A stretch of DNA of 64,000 bases from Hyphochytrium catenoides (Eukaryota > Protista > Hyphochytriomycota). The notes below the pieces were generated by a model. It was given only the letters and a program-made list of their open reading frames with translations. It was not told the origin of the DNA and made no database searches. The DNA is taken from assembly GCA_900088475.1 (NCBI GenBank), contig FLMG01003710.1, positions 62,001 through 126,000 on the forward strand, written 5' to 3'. Positions 51,357-64,000 of this stretch are shown here, one piece after another. Each line of letters opens with the position of its first letter. The stretch's first letter is position 1. Both the position numbers and the translations under genes were made by a program.

Positions 51357-52027
51357 ATCTCATCATTGTCTCTTCTGTATAGTTCTGTATCATAGGTGTA
51401 ATTATCTCTTATTACTGCTTCCTCCATCGGGGCTATTGCCCCCCAAATCTTTCTTCATAGAGATCGAACGAAGGCTATTGGTAGGATGACGACGGCAAAT
51501 AATTAAAGTTCGACAGAAGGCTTCTTTCCAATGTGTAATAACTGCTTTTGATCACCGCAATGCTCTCGCATCTCTTCTCTCCAACTCAGCCCCACCTCGC
51601 GGGCTGACGAGCAAGGATCTGGCAATGCAGAGGCGTCCACGCAGGTGAATGGAGAGGTTCTTTCACTACACTCAGTGCGACCACCTGCTCCTCCTGATTA
51701 TTTATTAGCTCAGACTCAAGGGCCTCTTCTCCTTTTAGCATGTGAGAACATACCTCAAAGTCAAAGAATCATCACTGCTGACCGCTAACCGTAAGGATAT
51801 GCGACAATTGATGACTGCAGAAAATGAGACTCCAAGAGCTATAAAGGCCCAAGAAGGATCGTTGTTATGATCTCTGTTGATGCTGGTCGGCAGTGTGCGG
51901 CGGTGCAAGTGAAGAGTGAACAGTTTACTAGCTCTTCATCTGCCCAGTGCAAGCACGGCCCGTAAGGAGCCTTGACAGCTTTGATTGTAGTGGCAAGAAG
52001 ACGACATTAGAAGCAAGCGAGCTGAGT

Positions 52028-55000
52028 ATGCGAAGCCTAAAGATGGCTCTACAGAGGAACGTCCTGAAAAGATGCACCCCGTCGCTCAACACATCCTGTG
52101 TAACCCTGGAAGCTCTTCCAAGGAAAGCGCCCGGGTTGAAAGCCCTCTTGAAGAGGTCTCTGGCCACAGTTCCGGCAGCCAGAATGGAAGGTGCACATCT
52201 TTCACTGAATGTTAATGTGATGAAACTTCGGGTTGCTCTCACGCTGCTTCAAAAGAACTTCCTTCGACATGTCCTATCGGCTATGCCTCCGGGTCCCTTT
52301 GCGGCATTCCATGATCTTGTCATGCCTCACTTCTTTTTGGCAACCATCTAAGGCCCATGCTTTATCTGGCTAGGTGCGGGTGGCAACGTGTTCGCCTATT
52401 TTTCTCAACGAGCTATGGAGGTCAAAGCTGTTAACCTTGGACAGGGCTTTCCTACCTTCGGCTCCCCCAGGTATAATAAACCATGGTGAACCGGTCTTAA
52501 ACCTTAACCTGGCCTCAACTAAGTATGTAACCCCTTGTCAACTGGTGCTGTTTCTATTCTCATGTCCGCTGTCTCCTCATGCCTTGCCAGCTTCCTGGAG
52601 GAAGCAGCTATCGAAGCGATCAAGGCCGGACACAATCAGTACACGCGGCCGGGAGGCCATCCACAGTTTGTACAGCAACTAGCAGACTTTTACTCTCCTA
52701 TCTTCGGGAGGGAAATTGACGCGATGAAGGAAATTGTCACGTTTGGAGGCGCTCAAGAAGGAATATTTGCCATCCTGTCAGCCCTGGTGAACCCGGTATG
52801 TAGCCAGCCTGTGATAATACGCTCTATCCATGAGACCATTTCCTTTGAACACGCTATGTTGAGGCGGCAGCCTGTTGTCCTCGATCACTAACAAGGTTCA
52901 CTAAACCTCTACGCTAGCTGTCTATTAGTATATCACTTGTGATGGAGGCGGTTATCCTTGCACCTACGCTTGGGGCACCCTTCCTATTTTTGCCCACAAC
53001 GCTGCTCTCATCTCTTAACTCTTCAGAGGGTTGACCGCAAAGGTCCTCTCTTTCTCGTCGTTGGTCCCTACCTCTTTTGTGAGAGTTTCTTTCCCTTTAC
53101 TCATTCCTCATCCCTACCAGGGGGAAGAGGTCCTCATCCTTGAGCCATACTTTGATGCATATAAAAAGGCATCTCTGATGTTAGGGATAAAAACAGTCGG
53201 AGTGCCATTAAGATGGCAGCCTGGGCCAGAAGATAACGTTAAAATAGAAGGAAAAGCATTTCCGAAGGCGTCAGCCTGGAAGGTTGACCTTGACGAGTTG
53301 GAGGTAAGGAAGTAAGGCATAGGAATTGGCGCGAAGCTCCTCATGCTTAATCGAAGCTCTGAGCTTTCTTGATTTACCCCAAATGATTCCTACATTCTAG
53401 CGCATAATCGTCTCTTGGAACTCTTTGTTAGAGTGCTCTGTCGAGGTGCTTGTCTCTCCTCACTATTGCTTGGATTGTCTTCTGAACGGATCTCGCTTTC
53501 CGATTCAACATGGAAGGTGACTGCTACAAGGCCAAAAGACTGACTCATGCTTGCCCCATAGTCGAAGATAACCAAGAAGACCAGGGTTTTGGTACTGAAC
53601 ACACCGCACAATCCTACCGGAAAAGTTTTCGCCAAAGAAGAGCTAGAGGCTATAGCTGAAGTTCTTCATAGGCACCCCCAGGTAAGCCTACCTATCCCTC
53701 ATCGTCATATTCTCAGTCCTTTTTGTGATCCTCTTTCTCAATCTAATGATACGCACACTGTCTGACACGGTTCCCGCTCTTCCGCACCCTCTATTCCGAT
53801 CGCCATGTCGAAAGAACGGGTACTGAGCCTTAAGACATGGAGATGTGCTGTTGCTACGTCCATCCTTTGACGTACTATATTGCATACGGCTCGGACGTGC
53901 TCTAACTTCTCCTTTTGGTTTAAAAATGTGTGGCCCCAGGTTCTCGTGATCGCCGATGAGGTTTATGAGTTCATGTGTTACGGATCTGCGTCCCATCAAC
54001 GACTTGCAACGTTTCCAGGGCTCCAGGACAGGGTCATATCCCTCTTCAGTGCGGGAAAAACCTTCTCTTGCACGGGATGGCGGATAGGGTAGGAAGTTAT
54101 CCATGTGTCTTTGCTGAGACGGCTAGCTACCGCATCAATCATTGGTTCCTTGTTTAATTGTTCTTCACCTGATTCCGCCTTCTTGGTCAGGTATGCTATA
54201 TGCCCTCCTCAGTACGCGCAGCATATTTTGTCTGCCACCTCTATCATTATGTTCTGTTCGGCCACACCGCTTGAGCTTGCTTGTGGCACTGCCTTTTCTA
54301 AGGCTAAAGGAGAAGGATACTTTGAGTGGCTCCCGAAAATTATGACGGTACATTACATAACTTTATCTTAGCAGTGCAACTCCCTGTTCTTGTACCTACC
54401 ATCAACCTTCAAGAGTGGTTTTGGTGCTACAGTTGCTGTTGCACTGGTGCTCTTACAGCCTTCGTAGTTGGTTGGTTGTCTCTTACAACCTTTCTACACC
54501 TTTCTAGTCGCTCACCTAATCGTCTTCACCGTCCATCCTTTCCTACTATCGATTGCCTTTCAGCTCTCCCCTAGTGAGCTGGATACACCCCATTACCATA
54601 AATTCATTGCACACTTCAACTAACGCCTTACTTCTGTGGTCAGGCCAAAAGAGATAAGTTAGTTCTAAGCCTCGAGGCGGCGGGAATGCAGCCCGTAGTT
54701 CCTGAAGGCGGATATTTTATTATGGCAGATACCTCCGCCCTTCCTGTGCCAGGGAAGACGCCAAAGGACAAGCTCAGCCCAACCATGGCCTTGGAGGTAA
54801 ACACAAGCGGCTACCTTTAGAAATTTTTAGGCTCGCTTGCTTTACGACTTCTTGGCATCTTCTGCTGTATGCTGTGCTTACATCGTGGCATTGTTTCAGT
54901 ATCAGAGCTAAGCTACTTCATGCCTTACATGCGTTTAGTGTGTGCATCACTTGCGCGACAGAAGCGACTCTTTTGGTGGTTCTCTCGTCCAGTCTTTTTT

Positions 55001-55255
55001 GAGCTCAGATTCTGCTTCCTCTTCTCTGACTGGCATGGCCATCTAACTGGTATCTTCCTACCCAAGGAACGGCCTGATTTTCAAGTGGCGTCATGGCTAG
55101 TTAATTCTATGGGTGTGGCTGGCATTCCTATCACATGTTTCTACAGTCCAGAGTATAGGCATTTAGGTGATGACTTCACGCGCTTCGCATTCTGCAAGGA
55201 TGAAGAGACTCTGGACGGTGCAGGCAAGAAGTTTAGGGAGCATTCGACCTTATGA
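52028..55255 (+). CDS. Kynurenine aminotransferase / glutamine transaminase K-like class I/II PLP aminotransferase, probable mitochondrial presequence
   Basis: AVNLGQGFP, NQYTRPGGHP, ILEPYFDAY, VLNTPHNPTGKVF, IADEVYE, SAGKTFSCTGWRIG (PLP Lys), PEGGYFIMAD, RFAFCK; basic N-terminus ending KRSLAT. Confidence 0.95.
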
Positions 55256-55524
55256 GGGCATGACTTCCACTTTTGGAGATAATACACTTATCCGATAAGA
55301 CCTATATCCTCCGCACGCCTTCCGCTGGCTCGTACTTGCGATACTATCTGAGAAGTAGCTCTCTCGAAGTATTGAACCACAAATAGTGACAACAAGAGAG
55401 AGGTAACTTATATATTGGGCCCGAGCCCAGGAGCAGTGCTGAAGGTGAGATGTTTGGGTCATCACGACGTTGATAAATAAATAAGGAAGCTGATTTTTTT
55501 TTATAATGATTACGATAGGAGCCG

Positions 55525-57350
55525 CTAGGGAATAGTGGCGTATCCTGGCCGTTGGCCATATTCTTGAATGCGCTCGCGGAGGTAGTCCGGCGATAAACAG
55601 CACGTCAGCAACAAAATAAAGAGGAGAGAAAGCTGTCCATACAAAGAGTAGTTAGGAGCAATGTGAAGAAAAGCGAGACTACATGCAAACATGTGGATGT
55701 AGGAAGCTTTACGTTGGGAAGCAGAGGAAAATGGCAAACGAGCAAAGGATGCATACAAGCTTCCTGGATAGAGCTTATGGAGTAAGGCAAAGAGGCGTAT
55801 TGGTAGCATTGAGACGGATTGGCAACATCGACAAGAGAGAGCAGCACTAGCGGCAGGGAGATATAGAGAAGGCCACATCACGAGGGCAGAGAAGATGACC
55901 ATATTCTTACATGGAAGACCATCGACCCCACGGAGAGAGTCACAAGGGCTGCAGAGTATGTTAATAGGCGCTTGAATGCGCCTTCCCCGCAAAGCTTGGT
56001 AAACTGTGAACCAGGGCTTTCCTACGAGGATAATTCAGGAATTGAAAGGTTAGATCAAGAGCCAAAACCAAAGAAGGAGAGGGAGCCGCCTCTAGGAATT
56101 CTATTGTAAGGTTAGCCAACAACCCACCAAAGGATTCCACTCTATCTTCAGGGAAGTATGATGGGAAGAGTTGATAGAGGATACGATGGTACAAAACGAG
56201 AGAAGAAGAAACTTGATAGAGGGATAGGGATCAGAGGTGACGTAGAGTGTCTAAGGAAGGTATAGTAGCTCCATACTCCATCGAAGCATTTCTTTTCCCA
56301 GTTCTGGACAGTAGAGTCCTCCGCCTTTCTGTAGCAGTTGGTCCTGAACCAGGCAATAACATCATGGTACTCCACAGGCCGCTTAACTGCAGTGCAGTAG
56401 AGCCCTTCCAACCTCTCTCGGGTCGTCATATTACGCTCGACCAACGGAGGGCCATCCTGGCGGTATCACGGTTGTAAGATGACACATTCCCTTACCGAGA
56501 CACAAGGAAAGGAGGGAATGTTGCTGCAAGGGGTGATCTCTATGAAACTCAAGCCCTCCAAGGGCCAGTGAAGATTGAAGATGCAACCTAGATCTCGAAG
56601 CTAGTGGCCGACGCCAATATAGGTTACAATCTTCAAAGGACGCAGAGCCTCAGGCACAAGAAATAGCACTTTAGGAGAAGACGGGAAGTAAACATTGGGC
56701 ATCTTCTGTGAAGAAGAACCTAACCAGCAGGCAAAGTACGGATACAAGTTAACGGAATCCTGGAACCTGCAGTAGAGCTTTTTGCTCCGCCTCTATATGT
56801 GGAGCGGCAAGACTGGCTTTAGAAGCAACGTAGACACTGAATATTGTCACCAAGACAAAGATGGAGAAGAAAAGAATAAGAACGGCGCGATTGTTGGTGT
56901 GAGCGCTAGCACAGCCCATCTGTAGGGAAAAGAATAATGGTTAGTGTGACAAGAAATCAAAAGCAGACAGTATCTGACTAACACCAAGCGGACAGAGCGA
57001 TATCAGAGACTGCCAACAATTGTGACGACAAGAAAATATGGAATTTGAGAACTGGTGAACGCGAGAGTAAGCAGCCAGGCATCCAAAACCAAGGCTCAAA
57101 AATGTACAGACAAAAGCTAGCTAGGAGCATACCCTACCAGAGCAACAATAAGGAGGGCAACCCCAAGGAAGAAGACGAGACGAGGTAGCTCGAAGCTGAC
57201 AACTGCGTCTAAAGTGTGCCAATGTGATTGTTGAATGAACAGGCACGATGTCATCAGTAGCACTCCTAATGCCCCCCAAAATAGGTTCATTGCCGCTAAG
57301 AGGAAGCGGAAGTTGTCTTGAACAAATCCAGTGCCACAGAAGGGTAACAT
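55525..57350 (-). CDS. Tetraspanin-like four-TM protein, multi-exon
   Basis: RFLLAAMNLFWGALGVLL (TM1), LVFFLGVALLIVALVG (TM2), FLFFFSIFVLVTIF (TM3), a Cys-containing large loop, then TM4 spliced to LSLLFILLLTCC...GYATIP*. Confidence 0.65.
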
Positions 57351-58152
57351 TTTTCTCTGCTATTGGCGGCGTATCTGGCCGGGCTTGTTACTCGTGCCCA
57401 CCACTCCTAGTCTGAAGCCGATCTCTTGGAACAACGCCGCGTATTTTAACTTAGTGGACATTAACATCTACACGCTTCTATTAATGCTCTCACCGCTCGC
57501 ACTTCCTGAACTCTTCCTAGACTCAAAGATAAAAAGTCCAAGCTTTGTCCGACAAGACTTCCTGAAGATCTGAGGAGATCTGAGGAGATCTACAGAAAGA
57601 TCCGTTCAGGTTTTGTGTTGTTGATTGTGATGGACATCTATCGATCCCCTGGAGAATCAGATATCGATTACTGAATAGATAGTGAAGGATGTTGGAAGGA
57701 TGGCATGCCACTGGTTTGATCCTTGACCCTTGACCCTCTGTCCCCTTTGATTATCATATACTTGATTATCACAAGTAGCTTTGATTCTTCTTGCGCGTTG
57801 AAGTTTCTGTTGACAGAGAAGAGGAGAAGCATCGGTTCCGTGAAGCGTTGCCGGCAATCTCTGAACTCTGAACCCAGATTAGGCTCTTGGTCGATAGCTT
57901 GAATGGCGGTGTGCCGACAGGTGGTGCAGCAGTCCGAGCCCTAAGCCCCACAGACAACGCCATACGCCTCCCTTGCTCCCGTCATCCCTTCCGTAGTCTC
58001 TCCCTATTGCTGGAGATATTGCTTTCCCTTCCTTACCCAGAACTTTCTCTTGCCAGTCAGAGTTTGCGGGCATGAAGCCAAGCACAAAAATTTGAGTGAG
58101 AGGATCGCAGGTCAAGCAGTACATTGAGACGTAAGGCTGATCAGTGTAAAAG

Positions 58153-61100
58153 ATGAGCTCTTTCCTCCAAAAGGTGGAAGGCTATCTGCAGCGCAATGAG
58201 CTCTTTGGTTCATCTACCGTAGAGGGAGGGAGAATCTTGCTGGTGAGTAGTTAAGATTGTTGATGTCGAGCTCGCTCCATCCACTAAACTTTTCCTTGCC
58301 ACGCAGGACGATCTCAAGAAGAATGTGCAAGCGACGCTGGAAGAGGCCTCAAAGAGCGGTCCTAGCCCCCAGGGCACGCTTAGTGTGAATTCTTCCTCAG
58401 CACAGTCACAGGATCTAGGTTGGTCTTAAAATTCATTCTCCTACACACTACCTTTTTAAACTGGATCATACTGTTTGTCTCTCGGGAGCGGAGCTTTTGA
58501 CTTCTCTGGCCGTCTTCCTTTTGTTTGGAAGACTCCTGACTCTAAGACTCTGCTTTCGCGTAGCAACAAGCATAGAGAAGTGCCTCATCCATGGTTTGAA
58601 GCTGAAGAAGGACGGGAAGCGAAACACACTCTGGAATGTGCTTTTACACCTGAAGAAGTTCTGTGAAGACGTTGAGACCAATAAAACAGAGAGCATCGGA
58701 CGCATCATCAGCGCTATTGAAGGTGCCAGCAATCTGCAATGTGTCCAGGTATCAACCGTTCTTCATGAACTTACGCTATCTATCAACTCGTTCTTTCATG
58801 ACGGCGTGTGATTGATGGCACTTTGCTCTCGTCTTGTTGCGGACTTTTAAGTCCTCTAGGGGTAAGGCCAGGGCTTGGATTCGGCAGTCTTTAAACCACA
58901 AGAACCTGGCGTCGGCTGTGCAGGTAACTCATTCGCGTCTTGGCTTCAGATCATAATCTTTTTGTCGCACGCACTTCTCTCTCTCTTTTCTCCTTTTTGT
59001 CGCCTCCCTTACTGGGGTATTAGCGTCATGAGGCAGCTTCTCTATCATCCGATAGTTAGGGAACGCCCTGGTTGCTCCGATTCTTCCACCCAACACATCC
59101 ACATTGCCTTCCTGCCAGAAGTGGCTCTCCACTTGTTCTGCTCAATATGCCCTTGCGGCTCTGTATGACGCTGTCGTACTAATGCCTACGTTCGTTATCT
59201 GAATAACCCTCGGGCTGTCGCTGAAGTATCTGACAGAGGAAAAGTATGGATCTGTCTTGAGAGCAGACTTTGAGGATGGAGCTTTACTCGTTCATCCGGA
59301 GCTATCATTGACGTTGGTAGGTTGAGTGTAATACCCGCACATCCTTTGGCCTGGAACTACTCAGGTTGTTCGACTACTCTTCACTACGCTTCCTGTCTTT
59401 GCTGCATTATCTAGTATATTTCTGGTTGGCTGACTGCTCTTGATGCCTGTTAGGTTTCTATTTTGACTGCACTTGATACCGTCGAGTTTGAGTTCTTAGT
59501 AGACGACAAGCAATTAGATGCAGCAGCAGCCGCCGAGGCGGCTGCGGAAGGAAGGTTAGGTCACTTGCTTATCATCTTCTGACCGAGAGCCACGTTTGAA
59601 GAGATTGTCATGGGTCTGTCTAATTTCGACGTTTAGTGCGTTCTGCGTAGGTTACGGCTCTCCGTTGACTCTTCTGCTAATTTGTTCCCTTGCTATAACC
59701 ATACCAGCCAGTTGTCAGTATTCCAAGCTTCTCTTCTGACCTCTGATCTCTCTCTTCCCCTCGACCCATTTGCGACCTCCCTTCAGCCCACGGCAGAGGT
59801 TAGATATCGATACTGCCAACAGTCTGATAGAGAAAATGGCTGTCAAAGGTAACGAACCTCCACCTCTACATGGACCTAAGCTAGCCAGAAGCTAATTCAA
59901 GAACTAATTTCTTTAGCCGACGGGTATTTTAGCTCTGCTCTTCGCTCGATGGAGGACCAAAGAAAGGTTAAGAAACCCTTGCATGCAATAGATTCCTTCA
60001 AAGAGCTATGAAAAACCTAGCCGAGAGAATCCTCTTTGTTCTATGAAGGATAGAAGAAACTAAGAAGGATGGCTATAGTTGCTTTCTACAGTAGAAACAT
60101 CCTCAGCGCCGCTCTCATTATATCTGTTTGTTGGTTGTACAATGCAGGGCATTGCATCCTGGCAGAGGGTGTTCGGTGCATCCCTTGCTACACTGCTGCA
60201 GAGCTCTCACCATTGCGATTATGCCGTTCTGGCTCCGACCATAGGAGTGCCAAAGTTTATTGAGAGGGCCTGTGACATTATTATCTCTAATGCCTTTGTA
60301 CAGGGGCTCTTTGGGGACAAGTCAGCTGCGGTAAGCCATGGTGTTGTTAACACTTTGTACCTCATGCATGAAGAGATTCAAGGCTCATAATACTGTTAGG
60401 ACCCGGGCTCTCAGTTATCAGATCATCTCCTTACAGAAAACATCTTTCTGGGTCTTTCCTTCTCGTCCCTCACTCTCTCTCTACCTGGCTCCTGTAATGT
60501 TTTCCGGCGTCTAAATGCTGTATCCTCTTCTACAGTCGCAGCTGCAGGCGGTAGCAGATTACTTTGAGATCCACCAGGACTTCCCTCCGTCTGTAAATCC
60601 GCTATTAGTGGCAGATTGTTTGCTCAAGTTCTTGAAGGAGACAGAAGAACCTCTCCTAAGCTTGGAGTTCTATGAGCCTCTCCTGGCCTGTGCAAAGTTA
60701 AAAGAGGTATCGCCGGAGAGAAAGGAGGATGAGCGGCATGATTAGCACGCTTGCTTACGGATGCTCTTTCTGATTATTTCTGTACTAAGGATAAATCCTC
60801 GATCATCCTGATCGTGCTTCTGTTGCTTCTCGCTGGCATTCATGTTATTTTACTCTCCTAGCTTATCAATGCCGCTTGTAGATCTCGTCTCGTGTTCGCA
60901 ATCTCTCCTGTCTACTTTTGGAGTTGCCATGGTACAACAAGCCTGTTCTAAGGAAGCTGCTGAAGACGTGTGAGTACCTTATGAAGGTAGGGACAAAGAG
61001 CGCACGAACACTGGATCGTAGAGGGAGAGAGAGCAGTGTATATAAGCGGAATAGGCCTTCAATGGAAAGAGTGAGCCAAATGACCAAGGCAACTTAGAGG

Positions 61101-64000
61101 CACAACCGTGAAAACCTTGTATAACCCTAGGAGAGAGTGGGGGACTTGCACTAGAATGAATTACCTGACAACGTGCTTGCTAGCCGGAGTTCCAGTCCCG
61201 AAGTGGGCTGACTCCTGCCAGTCTAGCTTCGGCTCTTGCCCCGGTGATTTTCCGCACTGTACAGGGAATCCCCCTTCCTCTCCCTGTGCCCCTTGGTGCC
61301 GGAGGAGACCCTGATGGAGGTAAGGAGACACCAAGCCCTCTCTTCATCTATTAGTCACAGTGCAGAGCCATGTTAAAGCGTTGCATCCTATCTGAACTTT
61401 TGATCACCAGGCGCCCTATCTCCTGGTTAAACTATGTATCTTAATCTTTATACATGACAAGACCATTAGCTTGCTATACTCTATTATTCTCTCCTTCTTG
61501 CTCTTAAGGTTGCTGCCCCTTTATCTCCCCCTCCGCTTTGATTAGATGGCAACCAGAATCTGCTAGGTGTAGAGCTAGTTCGCACTCTAGTCTCCCATGC
61601 CTCGGAGGTCCTGGCTCCGATGGATCAGGAATTCCTTCCGGTTCAAAAGGTATAATTATCTTGACTTCATCCTATTCATTATTTTCCTCTGTTTATAAGC
61701 TTTGGGCGTGACGTCTTCATTTGACTTACATATCCCACTCTACCTCACATCGTTAGCACTGATAGTCAACTCTCCTAATGCTTTCCGTTGACATACACTA
61801 GATGCTTCAGAGCAAGGTGGACTACTACAGGAGTATAGGGGAAAGTCTGGACAAGGTGAGTGCAGCTTTCAACTTGTGTCTCGATAACCCGTATTTCCTA
61901 TCCTAGAAGTCCTAGCGAGCCAGTTATCTCCGATGAAAGTGCGCTTTTTTCCTGAGCACCCTTTCCCTTCTTTGTTAGCCTGTAAGCGCAGGGGACCCCA
62001 AACATGTAGAACAGTTGAGGTCTATCTGGGACTTTCTGGCTGAGGTGGATGTGGATCGCCTGATGCGGAGTTTCCAGCCTGATGGATTGCCGGTACGCTC
62101 GAGGCTTGCCTTCTTTTGCTAAAGTTTTGTGCCATTGTTGTCACGCATATACCTTAAGCACTGAGCAACGCTCACCCCTGAAACGTTGGGCAACTCTCAC
62201 GCTGTCAATCAAACTGAGATCTTGTGCTGTTCATAACCTCGAGGATTCTTTTTATGGTTCCATGGTTAGAAATTGTAACATCCCTTATCCTACCTTTATC
62301 GATTCCTAGGCCGAGCTGGACTCAGAGAAATCACTCTCCGCTTCTGAACTTTTCTCCTTGTCATCACATCGCTGGAGGAAGTGTGGATTTAGCGAGGATC
62401 CGGCAAAAGATTTCTCGCAAGGGGGGTTCCTTTCCTTGGAACTCTTCTGCTACTTCATCCGGAACTACCCAGAAAAAGCTCGAGAGGTAGGAATTCCTAA
62501 ATCTATACATATGGAAATGAAGCTATTGTATAGCTCCCAGCCGACTTTATCCCTGAACAGCTCTTTCTAGACGTCTATGACCGTCTGCCGCCCGTGGAAT
62601 ATTCTTAGGCATTGTTCATTTGTTCTGTCAATGTGAGGCTATTTTACGGTGCTTCTCTGGTTAGGTCGTTGCAGATAATGGAGGACCTGGTCCTCATTGC
62701 TTTCCGGTCTACTACGTCACTGGCCGCATCGCTCGAATGACGGTTGGCGCTTTAGCACTTCTCCCGACTCCGGTGGATGAAAATAGCCTAGTGAAGCTCT
62801 CGCTCTCCCCTTCTTTCTCTGTCCTAGAAGAAAGCAAAGGAGTGCTCAAGGTAAATCAAACTTGAAGAACCCTTTAGGCATATATTGTCTCGGTAATCCA
62901 GATTCCGTGATCCTCTGATTTCTCAAGCGTTATTCTGTTACTCGTGCTGGCCTAAGCGGCAGTTTTACGTGTGTTCGATTGACTGGTAATACGCGTATGC
63001 CCATAAGGGCACAGCATGCTGATCAACCTGATCACATTTCCTCCATGCCCGAAGGTTGCATGCATGAGTTTGTTGCTGTTTGAGAGAAACTGGAGGGAGA
63101 CCAATGCGAAAAGGCAGCATGTGGAAAGGTTAGAACGGCGTTGTTCACATTTGCATGAAGGGTCAAAAGTCAGCGGGGTAATTGGGTTGGTGGGATTCTC
63201 TATCGTTTTCCCAGCAGGAACTTACAATTGAATCTCAAGTCGCCTCTGGCTTTCTGACTGGAAGTTATAGGGTTATTGCCTGGGAGTCTTGCATTTGTTT
63301 TGTTATCTGGGGTTCCTCGAGGTCTGGTAGAAATTCTCCTCGAGCCGATGAGATCCAAATCTTTCAAGCGCGGCACTTTTAAGGATGTTTCTGTTGCCTG
63401 TGTAGGGTAATAGATGACACGGATCGTCAAATCCGTTGGCTTCTGTCACGGAGCCCTTCTAATGTCGACGAGATGTGGAAGCTCTGGATTGATGTAAGGA
63501 GAAGGATTGCAGAAGCCCACGCAGAGGGCCAAAGAGAGAACATCGCGGCGAAAGGGCTTTCCGCAGCCAAGGTCAGATCATTGATGTCAGCCCCAACGCC
63601 TATTGACAATGCCAAACTCTGTGTCCTCTTCTCTTTTGTCTGACGACTTCTAGTCAATCATCAGCCCCAGAAGTAGCAAGAAGCGTCCTCTACCTCTCCA
63701 GCCATCTAACGGCCAGATTGAGACAGAAGCTGCTTCTGCGCTGTTTGCCGGGAAAAGAGAGATTCTTTCTCCAAGAGGAAAACGGATTGATAACGAGGAC
63801 CAGTTTGAAGAGTTTGGGCTGGGTGACGATATCCCCATTGACGTCTCCGGAGTTTCAGGTAAGTGGTAAATGGTCCAAAAGGGACATGAGTGTTACACAG
63901 CACTCGAGGCAATTTGCTGTTGATCGCTCATTGTCATTGCAATCTCGTCATCGTGGCAGGGCACTATGATAGCCGCTCATTACCGCCACCTCCTCGCTCC
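58153..64000 (+). CDS. RUN domain - RhoGAP-like domain - ELMO/CED-12 domain protein, multi-exon, 3' end outside window
   Basis: RUN: SIEKCLIHGLK..LWNVL..GKARAWIRQSLN. RhoGAP: VFGASL..GVPKFIERAC..GLFG..VADCLLKFLKETEEPLL..LPWYNKPVL..SLASALAPVIFR. ELMO: HVEQLRSIW..RWRKCGFSEDPAKDFSQGGFLSLELFCYFIRNYP..FERNW. Confidence 0.85.

Noticed and set aside
55793-55833. Two overlapping minus-strand copies encoding SMLPIRL in different frames (19-nt offset), suggestive of a programmed frameshift
   Set aside because: They lie inside the phase-consistent last intron of the tetraspanin-like gene, so they are most simply a degenerate tandem duplication.
1-64000. Alternative genetic code or stop readthrough as the cause of fragmented ORFs
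   Set aside because: Stops fall within canonical introns. TAA, TAG and TGA all terminate well-conserved genes (TRX TAA, GRX TAG, aminotransferase TGA).
1-64000. tRNA, rRNA, snRNA/snoRNA genes, CRISPR arrays, telomeric repeats, introner-like repeated introns
   Set aside because: None recognised by eye. A tRNAscan-SE/Infernal scan and an intron self-BLAST would be needed to exclude them formally.

Overview
Eukaryotic nuclear DNA, about 50% GC by eye, gene-dense, with many short GT-AG introns and CT/GA microsatellites. The style suggests a stramenopile or microalgal genome (inference only). There is one 98-N assembly gap at 26933-27030. The ORF track is fragmented by introns, not by a variant genetic code. 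Manual splicing gives, in order: an LCAT/PDAT-family acyltransferase with an internal C2-like insert (runs off the left edge), thioredoxin, a CTL/PNS1 choline-transporter-like protein, an EML/EMAP-like HELP-WD40 protein, CPYC glutaredoxin, a dual-specificity phosphatase, a conserved membrane protein, an intronless RING-TRAF zinc-finger gene beside a ~175-bp-arm inverted repeat, an AGC kinase, a bacterial-type alpha/beta hydrolase, a large hypothetical gene, eIF1A, a decayed mobile-element-like island, kynurenine/glutamine aminotransferase, a tetraspanin-like protein and a RUN-RhoGAP-ELMO protein (runs off the right edge). Top candidates for novelty: (1) an apparently single gene fusing a catalytically degenerate Arb2/FAM172A (Argonaute-associated family) domain to C2, an atypical FYVE finger and an Akt/SGK-like AGC kinase; (2) a RUN-RhoGAP-ELMO protein in which both GAP domains lack the catalytic arginine; (3) a long, young hairpin inside a pseudogene. 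All domain calls come from motif recognition by eye, with no database searches.
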